Both the position numbers and the translations under genes were made by a program. DNA of 63,129 bases, filler included, from Perkinsus chesapeaki ATCC PRA-425 (lineage: Eukaryota; Protista; Perkinsozoa), in NCBI GenBank assembly GCA_013115145.1. It is 13 parts of 13 records of this genome, joined end to end, with 100 filler letters (N's around TTAATTAATTAA, not from the genome) between each part and the next. Parts side by side here need not be neighbours in the genome. Positions count along the whole stretch, not along the records: positions 17,282 to 31,233 come from JAAPAO010000768.1; positions 31,334 to 32,437 come from JAAPAO010002201.1; positions 32,538 to 44,303 come from JAAPAO010000838.1; 10 more parts are not named here. The stretch is one strand, 5' to 3'. The notes beneath the pieces were generated by a model that was given only the letters and a program-made list of their open reading frames with translations, ran no database searches and had not been told where the DNA came from. This document shows, one piece after another, positions 24,140 through 34,967 of the stretch. How positions within the stretch are numbered: the stretch's first letter is position 1; every line of letters begins with the position of its first letter.

Positions 24140-24600
24140 TATGTTGATAAATTATTATGCATAGTCTTATTGTTATTATTATTATGCATAGTCTTATTGT
24201 TATTATTATGCATAGTCTTATTGTTATTATTATTATGCATAGTCTTATTGNNNNNNNNNNNNNNNNNNNNNNNNNNNNNNNNNNNNNNNNNNNNNNNNNN
24301 NNNNNNNNNNNNNNNNNNNNNNNNNNNNNNNNNNNNNNNNNNNNNNNNTGCATAGTCTTATTGTTATTATTATGCATAGTCTTATTGTTATTATTATTAT
24401 GCATAGTCTTATTGTTATTATGATAATAAAACTACTGCTACTACCCTTCTATAATAATGATAATATAACTACTGCTACTACCCTTCTATAATAATGATAA
24501 TAAAACTACTGCTACTACCCTTCTATAATAATGATAATAAAACTACTGCTACTACCCTTCTATAATATTGATAATAAAACTACTGCTACTTTTAGTTTAT
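24140..24600. repeat. AT-rich minisatellites (ATGCATAGTCTTATTGTTATT units and AAAACTACTGCTACTACCCTTCTATAATAATGAT units)
   Basis: Tandem copies visible on both sides of the scaffold gap. Confidence 0.85.
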
Positions 24601-26457
24601 TAGTTTTATTTAATTTATTTATATTATCATATCCTTTTGTTATACTATTATTCCATCCTCCTCCTCCTCCACCATTATTATTATTACTACTAGTACTATC
24701 TTCATTACTACATGGACTATTTCTTATTATTATATTACATCGTCTTCTTTTTAATTCATTATTAATCCATTTATATATATTATTTATTGATGATAATATC
24801 ATCATCTTTGATATATCTTTATTTATCTTGTTATCTTTACTACTACCAATATTATTCATTCCTCCTCCTCCTCCTCCTCGTAATCGGGTTATTGGTCTTT
24901 TGTATGATTTATTATTTAATCTATCATTTAATAATAATGATGATGATATATCACCCCATGATAACAACAACGATGCTGTTGTTGATGTTGATGATGATGA
25001 GAATAACCATGAATGTGACCACAGTGAGGGGGTTGATGTTGATGATGATGAGAATAACCATGAATGTGACCACATTGAAGGGGTTGATGTTGATGATCTT
25101 GATGTGTTGGATTTATTATTATCCCTCTCGACTTCATCCTCATCTTTTCTATATTTTTCTTCTTTTTTATTATTTTTGTTTAACTTACTTGATAATAATA
25201 AGTTATCAATACCAACAATACTTAATGCTTCTCTAATAACCTATTAATAACAATAATAATATTATTACTATTAATAATATATATAATATACCACCACCTT
25301 ATTTTTAACATTATAATCTAATGTACTCCCTTCTGTTGGAAATGATGGTGTATGATTAACCTCTATTAACCCTTTAGACAGACATAATGATAATAGTAAT
25401 AATAATTGACTATACCAACTATCAAGACAATTATTATTATTATTACTACTACCATGGTTTAAGTTTATAATCTATTAATATATCTATACCAAGTATCTCA
25501 TATGACACATTACTATGTATATCATCAATTTGACAACTATGATTTATATGTGATAACGAGGGTTGTACTGATATTAATGTTTTTATTATTGCATCCTAAA
25601 ATGATAATAATAAATGATCATCATGATGATAATGATATTTAATATCATTTACTATCACATTAATCATTATTATTACATTTATATCATTCTTAAGTTTATC
25701 AATATCATGACCAAGTGATTGCAAATATTTATATAATGCTTTTAATGATCTCCAATGTCCACAATGTATCTAATTATTATTATTCTTAATAGTAACAATA
25801 AGAATACATGCAATGATTATGATAGTAGTAGTAATAGATTAGTATTATTATTACATTATCCGGATTAATATTCTCTTCATATTCTGGATTTTTACAGTTA
25901 ATAGCATAGTTAGTAAGATGCATTGGTGTTTTATTAATATTCTTATTATTAGGTTTTATATATGGTGTTGTTGCTAATCTTACCAAACCTTCTTTATGTA
26001 AAAATATACGTAAGGGATCGCAACCTTCATATTATTATTATTAATACTACCTGTTATTAAAACATATAATCTTATATCAAATTTATATCCATCCAATAGT
26101 AAAGGTTTATGAATATATTTTTGGGCAGTTAAACTATTGAGTGTCATTGTTCTTGTTGGTCTCGTTGATGATAATAAGTAATCCCTGATGAGTGATGATA
26201 TATTATTAATATTTAATCTAATAAGAAATATTCCCTTACCTAATAACAACAACAAGCACCAACTGATTGGTTAATAATAATATTATCAATGTTCAAACTG
26301 CTACTACTACTACTACCTTGCGCTCCATTATCTGGTTTAATAATATATGTTTTATTATTATTCTTTGTTCTTGTTGTTGTTGTTGATGATGTAAATCGTG
26401 ATTTGAGATCATTCAAATCAGCTGGTAATATCCAAGTTTCCGGGAAAAAGCTGTAAC
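24560..26457 (-). CDS. Tubulin-tyrosine ligase-like (TTLL6/13-type polyglutamylase), multi-exon, 5' exons missing
   Basis: Spliced reading gives [107 protein letters not shown]. The 3' end is approximate. Confidence 0.9.
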
Positions 26458-26514
26458 CTAATAATAATAGTCATTTAGGAGTTGTTAAGTTATTGAGGGA
26501 ACACAACAATTCAA

Positions 26515-26536
26515 CTTGAGCCAAGATGGCTACAGT
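26515..26536 (-). other. Full-length spliced-leader copy ACTGTAGCCATCTTGGCTCAAG inside the LTR
   Basis: 21/22 identity to the Perkinsus SL as I recall it (ACCGTAGCCATCTTGGCTCAAG), with one C>T at a CpG. It is followed by TT, not the GT donor of an SL-RNA gene. Confidence 0.88.
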
Positions 26537-26565
26537 ACTAGTAGACCTCTCCTCTAGAGCTTCTC

Positions 26566-26570
26566 ATATA
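26566..26570 (-). promoter_or_regulatory. TATA-like box (TCTATATGA) in putative U3
   Basis: TATAT starts 34 nt upstream of the first SL base. The argument is positional only. Confidence 0.35.
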
Positions 26571-26673
26571 GAACACCTCTCTGAACCTCTTAACAGTGAT
26601 AGCTAACAGCAAGAGCACTGCCTCTTGCACTCTTGCTAGTCTGACAATGATATCAGTAAATAATCCTCAACAA

Positions 26674-26684
26674 CTCGCTCCCCC
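26674..26684 (-). other. Polypurine tract
   Basis: GGGGGAGCGAG, 1 nt before the LTR TG. Confidence 0.75.
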
Positions 26685-26694
26685 AAGGTGGCGG

Positions 26695-29357
26695 CTATAG
26701 AGCAGACACCTTCCTCATAGAGTCTTCAGTGAGGCGAGCGGGAGTTTCTAACCTCAACGCAGAGACCTGTCGCGGAGACACTGTGACAGTCACAGGGATC
26801 TCAGGAGGGCCTCCGATCCTCAAAACACCGTCGGCAGTGAAGTACATAGGCACCACAGTGCAACGGTCCTCTAGAAGCTGGTGTTCATGAACCAGTAATA
26901 GATCATCATTAGTCCACGAAAGTTTAGCACCAATTTTCACTTTGCCATCAGTGTCCTTCCAAGCCACAAAGGGGGGCTGGTAGAGACAATCTTGATTCTC
27001 TGTTTCTCTGGGGGACTATCTGATTAGAGTAATGATGACATAGACGTATTATGACCTCTTTTGGTTGACTTGCACTGCCTCATTTTCAGCCTTCTCCTCA
27101 GCTGACTCAATATAAGATTTTAAGTGATCTTTATGAAAGACTTGACGTGTGCCATTAGCCAATTCAACCTCATAACATTGACTTCCAATGGGATTTAATA
27201 TAGTGCCTCGGATCCATTGGGAGTCTGACTTATGCTGCGGTCTCTGATAGACATAGACCGATTGTCCTCGAGCGTAATCTTCTCGAACCTTAGGACCAAC
27301 AGTCGCTGCTCTCGTTCTCGTCCACGCATCAGACCAAATACTTAACAACTATCTACGGCGACGATCTAAGCGTGCAACTTCAGAGAGCACAGACTTCACT
27401 CTGGTCTTATTCGGGTAAGACACGAAATCCAAGATATCTCCTGGCTCCTTGGTGCTAGCCTTGATCGACATATCAAATGGCAAGGATAGCCTATAGCCGA
27501 AGATAACCTCGTGTGGAGAGATGCCAAGTTCTGAATCTGGCATGGAATTAAGCCTTCCCTCCACAATAGATAATAGGTCCGTCCAAGATACTCGATCCTG
27601 ACCATGATATTTCAATAAACGTCGTAGTGAGTCAACTAATGTTCGATGCTGTCGTTCATATCCTCCACCAGATGAGGGATGACCGGTAAAGTTAAATGTT
27701 TTATAAGATATAAACAGCACAGCGAATCAAACTTAGGGCTCAACGTAAACTGGCGTCCCTGATCAGTTAAGATAACAGACGGACAACCATACCTCAGAAA
27801 TATCTGCCATTCTACAACTTTGCAGATAGAGTTCGCACTGATGTTACTCAAAGCCTTTGAATCAAAGGAAATAAAAGAGTAAACTTACTTGATAAATCAG
27901 TGCAAGTCAACACCCATCTGTGACCCTCTCTGTCTGGAACCATCGGTCCCACTAAATCTAAGCCGAGTACTTCAAATGGTGTAGAGGGGGTCCAGAGGTG
28001 TGACTCATGCTGATAAACAACTGGGGAGGTTGAACGCTGGAAGACAGCCTCGAATAAATGTTTTGATATCAGCACGACTACGAGGCCACCAGAACAAACG
28101 GCACATATAACGATGAGTAGAATTCACCGCTGGGTGCCCTCTAAGTTCATGATAATATACTATGCTGTATATCTACTCACTTAATGAAGAATGACTGATT
28201 AGTGTAATGACAGAATGATACAGATATATTCAGCATCTTAAACTCTGCAATAATACTATCCGTGCAATCACGGATACGTCTAGTTATCAGCCACTCTATA
28301 CCTTTCAGTTTCTTCTCTGGACCTCTCATTCTTCTCACAGCAGTAAAGGAATCATTTCCAACCTCAATAGATTTAAGACATAACCACCATCCAACTTCCA
28401 TTTGGCATATACATGTCATAGCTTGTAAGATTGCATACATTTCTCGACGATTTGCATGCCAAGCCTCAGCTCTATCCGGAAATAAATGGCTTTCCCCATA
28501 AATAGATACCCATCTCTTCTCTCTCTTCTCTCCTGCTCCCCAGCTATATGCACCATATAAATTTTTTGTAGGAGACCAAATTTCATAACTATATCCTTTG
28601 GAGGATGCATCAGTAAAGATGCGAATATGCTCAATCTGAGATACAAGTGGTACCTTGGGCCATAATATTTTAGCAGCAGTCAAATGATCATGGCATTGTT
28701 TTGCCGTTGCCTCGGATAATGGCTCATCCCATGTATTTGTTGCTTTGCCAGCAAGTTTACGGACGACATCACAATGACCTCGACATTGTGACTCTGCCGA
28801 GCTCTTAGTAAGCTCTAAAAATTTCCCTGCTTTGGCAAAACAACTCCTCTTAGTATAAATATCATCATCGAAATCAATCTTGGGACGAGTCATTGTGAGA
28901 TTGCCAGAGATACTATCCCAATCTCATAATACACCAAGCCATTTTTGTGGTACATTTTTATCCCAAATACGTTTTTCCAGTGGTATTTCAAATCCACATA
29001 ACGCAAGTAATTTAAACATATCCTGATTCCAGGCCATTCGTTCCTCATAACTATTAGATAGTATTAGGAAATCGTCCATAACTCTTATAACACGTATATT
29101 AGGATGGCGACACCTAAGGATACTCATGAGGATGTCGACGACTCCCTCTAGGGCTGCCGGCCCAGAGGCTAGCTCGAAGGCTAGCCCGGTGGCCATGAGG
29201 GTATTGTAACCACAATCAATAAGTAAGGTGCGACATATAGCAAGGCGATAATACGCCTTACTGAGATCCATCTGCGCTATGATAGATGTGGAGGTTAATA
29301 CTGCCTGCAGCTGCTGGATAGCCTTGTGGGTGGAGTTGCGGCGATTTGAAGAATTTG
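26695..29357 (-). pseudogene. Decayed LTR-retrotransposon pol (RT - RNase H - integrase - SH3-like - extra C-terminal ORF)
   Basis: RT: QMDLSKAYY, RVMDDFLIL (28924-29370). RNase H: IFTDASSKGY, WHANRREMYA, GNDS (28177-28893). Integrase zinc-finger-like FWWP..DIKTFIRGC near 28050-28130, then GLDLVGP, ILTDQGRQF and GGYERQHRTL in frameshifted pieces at 27349-28075. SH3-like segment at 27049-27348. Confidence 0.88.
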
Positions 29358-29437
29358 GTGTACCAGTCAAAAGTCAAAAATTCCGTGTACGAGTTTCATG
29401 TGTACGTAATTTATGTGTACCAATCGTTATACACCCG

Positions 29438-30627
29438 CGGCAGCACCACAGCCTACCACAAGCCTACAAGGAACTGCCGTGTCCCACACTACGCCAAGCT
29501 CAAGCTCAAGATCGAGATCGAGATCAAGGAACCCCCGAAGGCAGAGGCCAGAGACCGACGAGGGCACTGGGAACGACCAAGGTAAGAACTTCCTCCGCAA
29601 GTTCGTCAATCGGGAGAGGAAGAGGAGGAGGACAAGGCCGATGAAGCCACCGCAAACCGCCTACAAGAGCTAAAGGAAAGCATAGGATTACTGGACCCGG
29701 AGCTGCTCCCACCGAAGCAAACCATGAAGCGACTACTAGGGCTCAAACGAAAAAGCAAGACAGGCCCTGTCTGACAGGGGTGCTGACAGATTTCGTAGAG
29801 CTCAAAAAGCTCCTCCCACCGTCGGTGGCGTCGAACCAAGATCCGGGAGTACCTCACACACTCTCCATACAAGCCATGGGCATAGCGTACGTGCTGACAG
29901 GCACGTGGAGTGCCTCACAGATGCTGCAGTACACAAACACAGTACTGAAAATCGCTGCAAGCGATGGGTGGGCAGTAGCTGTCCACTACGATGCGGTAGT
30001 CCGCAAAAGATGGGTCGCCCGTTCTCTAGCAGAAAGCTGGGCCAAGCTACCCGGAGAGCAGACTGCGCTGGACCGGCAATCCCTTGACCAAGCCCGAGGG
30101 CTCTCAAGGAGGCGCGGCGGACAAACGGGAGGGCAAACGGCGACTAGGGCGCCGCAGAGGCGTGACATAGCGATGAAAGAGGGCCTCTGCATCTGCTTCA
30201 GCAAGGACGGACAACGAGGATGCCCAAAACTGGCCGGCGCGTGCAAGTACCACCACAGGTGCGGGATATGCAGATCACAATTCCACGGCACGGCTCAGCA
30301 CAGATTCCCCCAACAAACCCAAGATGCCGGCAAGCCCACCCAAAGTGGCGCAACTCCCGGAAAACCATACATTCCACAGGGCGGCCCAAACAGAAACGCC
30401 AACTAACCAACTATTACCCCAAAGGCCCCAGCCCAGCAGGGGAAACAGTGACGGTTATGCGGGGGCCCCGCAGAACACACCGTCTCCGACTCCGGGGGCA
30501 CCCAGGGACTAGACGAGGAAAGGCTAACCCAAATACTGGGACACATGGATGAGGCCAGACTAACACCCATACCTAATATGGCAGCGGAACGGGACAATGG
30601 GGAGCTCACTGCCCAGCTACGCTACAT
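29438..30627 (+). pseudogene. DIRS/Ngaro-like gag fragment (main ORF 29780-30406) plus start of an overlapping ORF
   Basis: GWAVAVHYDAVVRKR segment and a C-terminal CICF..C..CKYHHRCGICRSQFH finger. Both sides end at the repeat-array elements. Confidence 0.6.
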
Positions 30628-30975
30628 GGGGTATTCATGTCCCATACACCGAAAACTCGTACACCTTCGACTCATGTCTCGAATACTCGTACATTTACGA
30701 CCCGTACACCGAAAACCAATACACTTTCAACTCGTACACAAAATACCTATACACTGTAAACTCATACACATAATACTCATACATCGAATACTCGTACACA
30801 TAATACCAGTACATTTTAAACTCGTACACAGAATACTCGTACACTTTCAAGTCGTACACCGAAAACCCGTACACTTTCACTTCGTTCACACCCCCACTTT
30901 TAACCCGTACACCGTCATTTCGTACACTTTGCGAAAATTTTTTAAGGCAAGTCGCGGAGCCGCTCCGCGACTTTT
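30628..30975 (+). mobile_element. End of a DNA-transposon-like element: GGGGT terminus, array of CTCGTACAC motifs about 15 nt apart, and GC hairpin
   Basis: About 18 degenerate (CTC)GTACAC copies from 30645 to 30927. The mirror-image end ...GTGTACGAGACATGATACACCCC is at 31334-31406, and a related short version is at 29358-29437. Confidence 0.6.
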
Positions 30976-31410
30976 CGCGAAGCCCTTCGCGCCGGCCTCG
31001 CCGGCCACGCACCGCCGGTGGGCTTCTTACCCAAATGAGCCAATTTCCACGTTCTCCGGGGGAATTAAACCCGGGACCTCACGGTTGATAGCCTTGGACA
31101 CTAACGTCTACGATACATCTGCAACATAGAAAAATTACAGTCGATTTGCCGAGTTTGCCAGCATGCAACACTCAAATGCGGCACATGAAATAGTATTCCA
31201 GGTATGCTACTTCGGAATGGAAATTCGACATGGNNNNNNNNNNNNNNNNNNNNNNNNNNNNNNNNNNNNNNNNNNNNTTAATTAATTAANNNNNNNNNNN
31301 NNNNNNNNNNNNNNNNNNNNNNNNNNNNNNNNNGAGTATTCAGTGTACGGGTGGTGAACGAAGTGAAAGTGTACGAGTTTTCGGTGTACGAGACATGATA
31401 CACCCCACTG

Positions 31411-32437
31411 TTGAGCATAGTAAAATTAATATATCTCGAACTGATACAACCACTAGAGATACAGTTCTTATTGAAACTAGGTCTGTCTTTTCCTCGCATG
31501 GTCGGCAAAGCCCCCGGAAACAAGAAGTCCGACTGGGACCGGTTGTGGAAACTCGATAAGAATACTGCTGATGACCTCCACTCAATAAAACAGCACATGA
31601 TTTCATTATCGAAATCTCAGTGTTGCCATATCAGCCCACCTGTGAACCATGACACTATCATCGTTCACTGTGATGCCAGTAATGACGGATATGGCTGGTT
31701 GGTCGAAAGCTCTGGAATCAATAACGATCCAGTACTTCTCAGTGAATATGCTTCGCTATTCAAAGTTAAGGAAAGAAGTGCCTGGCACGTGAATAGAAAA
31801 GAAATGTATTGTCTAGCGCATGCCCTCCAAAATGGAGCTACACTAGCCAAGCGTTTCCTACCGGGACGTATTCATTCATTGATTGTAGTATCCGATAATC
31901 AATGCGCCGTCAGCTGGGGAAATTCCCTGACTCCTAATATGCGGTCATTCGACGCAACAGCCATCAACCGTCTATGCTCCAATCTACATGAGATCATAGA
32001 GGACTTAAAAGATCACTATGGTATCACGGTTACCATAAAACATATTGAAGGAGAGCAAAACGCCCATGCGGACGCCCTCTCAAGATTGAAATCGAAGCTA
32101 CCAAACTTGGAAACTCCATCAACTGATACTGGACGCTTCGTCAAGAGAGGCCATCTTGGGAATATCCGCGTTGTCGGCGACAATGCCGCAGTGTTTGATA
32201 TGGCACCTAATGGGCCATCCACTGAAGGTGTACTCTATCTTATTCCCTCTACAAACTGCTCTGCAATTCTCGCTACTAACCCATCATCTTCGGGGCCTGA
32301 TACGATCACTGATCTGGACGGCATCGTAGAATTGTCCCCTGAAGACATTACTCATCGCCTTCAGGATCTGTACTCCTCCGACGAGTTGAATGAACTTCAA
32401 GACCTTAAAATATATGGGGTACCGGTCACTGATCTCC
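31411..32437 (+). pseudogene. Retrotransposon RNase H fragment, same family as 28177-28893
   Basis: VHCDASNDGYGW, WHVNRKEMYC, SDNQCAV and HIEGEQNAHADALSR. Confidence 0.82.
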
Positions 32438-33170
32438 NNNNNNNNNNNNNNNNNNNNNNNNNNNNNNNNNNNNNNNNNNNNTTAATTAATTAANNNNNNN
32501 NNNNNNNNNNNNNNNNNNNNNNNNNNNNNNNNNNNNNAATTTCTTGTAAAAAAACGTTTGAAACGGCGTGACATATATATTCTGAATCCCCGTAATTTTC
32601 TCTATCAGGTTGTATAGTTAGTTTTTTGTAAGAATTTTTCTCACTTCAGCCCCACCAAAACATACCCGTGGAGGGCCTCTTAGCACTGGCACTGACAGCC
32701 TGTTAGGGCACTTAGATGTGTGAGATATGTCGTGAAATGCACCAGTGACCGTCGACCGGTGGCAGAAGCATAACCGAACATCGCCGAAGTCACTGAAGTT
32801 CCGCCGGGGTGATCATAGCTCTCCAAGTTTGTGTAAGTTTGTGTGATCAAACTAACCTGTCCCTGAGTTTAATGAAATGAACAGTGGTCGAGCGCAGTGG
32901 GAAATCGCATTATTTCATACCGAGGATCAAGTCCAGCACGGCGTGGACTGCTGCTGAGTCGTATCGAATCGCGGAATAACACTTGATATGGTAACCACGT
33001 CCGACGCGTCCTATAGTATATCCCACGCCACATTGCGGACCGTATACTCTCACCTTACCAACACTTTGTGCGTGCGTGCGTACAAATTATCCAGCTCGAT
33101 GATCTAGAGGGGCTATGATCACATGCTATGCACCATTCGATAGCACTTGCTCTGGGGATACCAGGAAATA

Positions 33171-33401
33171 CAGTGCGTTCGCGTTTGTTGGGCAAGTCGA
33201 TTAAAATTGAATATTTCAAGTTAGAATTATCATATTTGGCTCGCCCTCACGATGAAACGGCTGAGAGTTTTGTCATGAGAATTATACCAATCGATTCCCC
33301 TTGTCTTATAGTCATATCCCTGAGGTTTCCAGCCAAATATGATCACTCTAACTTGAAATATTCAATTTTAATCGACTTGCCCAACAAACGCGAACGCACT
33401 G
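33171..33401. mobile_element. Tc1/mariner-type MITE, 231 bp, 71-bp TIRs, TA target duplication
   Basis: TA-CAGTGCGTTCG...CGAACGCACTG-TA. The arms 33171-33241 and 33331-33401 differ at 2 positions. Confidence 0.9.
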
Positions 33402-33656
33402 TATACAAAAGTTGGTTCTCATTGTATCTTGAAGGTTTGCGGGCCCAAAAAAATTTCCCGCAGAAAAATGACAGGCCTGGGGATCGAACAACAGAGCTTA
33501 CTGATGATTCGCCGAGCTCCGTCCCTTCTCTAGTCACCAATCACTCGCGATAAGTTACAAGTCCCACTGAACGCACTGCCAGTCGAATCTCAAGAAAAGT
33601 TGATCGAATAGTGATAGTTTTGTCGTTAAGACTCAGCGGCTAATATTGACGACTGC

Positions 33657-34076
33657 TTACGTCTTGTACAAGTAAACCTCGTTATCGTTACCTACTCTCA
33701 CCACGCATCTGGTATTTTCATTTTCGAACTCGTAGAAAGCGAGGGTCTCTTTGTTCTCTTCGTGACCACAATTCTGACCTATAAACTTACGAAGGTGAAT
33801 GAGATCGGTGCTTTTGGTGTAGTCCTCAACGGAGAAGACGTTGTCGTCGACCTTTTTCAGCGGAAGACTGACCTCCTTCTTGACTCTCCCTTCGCCACAG
33901 ATGACGAGGACGTTGACTTTGAGCTTCGATAGGTATTTTCCAAATGTTGCTTTGACGCTCATATAGGTCTTACCAGGAACGCCACCTACATAGACACCCT
34001 GGGGTGAACCTTTTCCAAGGCAATAGGCTGCTTTGAGGGTAGCGACGAGAAGGATGCCGAAGACCAAGAATCTCAT
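33657..34076 (-). CDS. Small secreted hypothetical protein
   Basis: ATG plus signal-peptide-like MRFLVFGILLVATLKAAYC, 139 aa, uninterrupted. Confidence 0.7.
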   Translation of the reverse strand: MRFLVFGILLVATLKAAYCLGKGSPQGVYVGGVPGKTYMSVKATFGKYLSKLKVNVLVICGEGRVKKEVSLPLKKVDDNVFSVEDYTKSTDLIHLRKFIGQNCGHEENKETLAFYEFENENTRCVVRVGNDNEVYLYKT

Positions 34077-34817
34077 TTGCAGGTGATGACTATATCAGGT
34101 TAGATGAAACTGAAATATACTCTCATAGTGACGATACTGTCATAAAAAGAAGTGTGCAGGCAAACCACGAGGAATCAACTTCTACAGCATCTTGCGGCTC
34201 TAGACCGAGTCTTCCCAGTGACAACTCTAACACTTCAGGGATGTTTTGGTTACTCATTAGGAACTGGAAGAAATAACGACTAGTGCGAGCACAGATATCA
34301 AGCACAGCGCCTACAACTACCCGAACTATGAATCATTACAGAGTGTTCTTATACACGCAAGCGCATCGCCTAAGCTCAGCGCAGGGCGGCCATGGAGCAG
34401 CGCATCGCGCCTGTGGGCGAAGGGCCTTGCCCACGAAAAACGGGGTCGAAGACACGAGCAATCAGATTCAGCGCAGTCGTTAGAGTTCCTGAGGTCAAAC
34501 TCGCTATCTCGAGGTCTTTAACAAACAGCAGGGGAAGGGGTAGGCATCATGCCCAGGGCCGCGCACTGGTCGGGGCGCAACAGCCGGCTACCGCCCCAGA
34601 CACTGTACTTCGAAGAGGCGTTCTGGATATGATCCCTAACCGGGAATGAGAATTTGGGTGTGACGAGATCCCTCGATTTCTGCTAAGTTGTTCTGTGTGT
34701 TTACTTCTTCCTTGAAAAAGGAAACAGCGTTTGTGCATGCGTGCAAGTGTGGTGACCGTGTTGTGGGTCCACATTAATCCCCTGTTGCTATATTGCTGAT
34801 CTCCCCACAACTTTTTA

Positions 34818-34967
34818 TGTCCCGAAGGGTATTACTATATCCTGGAGGGTTGTCTGATCATGAATAAGTGCGCTTATATCTATTGTCCCAGGGTCGTAGT
34901 ATTGGTATTCTGGCTCAAGCTCCTTTGTTTTGTTATTCTTCAGAGTTCATCAACTAATACCGTGACA
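34818..34967 (+). mobile_element. Possible solo LTR (TGTCCCG...CGTGACA) with a degenerate SL-like core
   Basis: TG..CA ends with a 6/7 inverted repeat, TATAT at 34875 and TCTGGCTCAAG at 34909-34919. No TSD, PBS or PPT found. Confidence 0.3.

Larger units (their letters stand above)
26483..26672 (-). mobile_element. 3' LTR (190 bp) of an LTR retrotransposon
   Basis: The minus strand starts TGTTGAG and ends CTTAACA (TG...CA, 6/7 terminal inverted repeat). It begins 1 nt after the purine tract GGGGGAGCGAG, which follows the last pol-region stop. Base composition switches to AT-rich host intron right after CA. Confidence 0.82.

Noticed and set aside
30645-30930. CRISPR-like repeat-spacer pattern and ORFs 30545-31129 / 30695-31012
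   Set aside because: The motif is only 6-9 nt with about 6-nt spacers. The ORFs are by-products of the array.
32538-32640. Mariner-like inner-end sequence (similar text at 39590-39690)
   Set aside because: Resemblance is only an impression, with no paired TIR or TSD.
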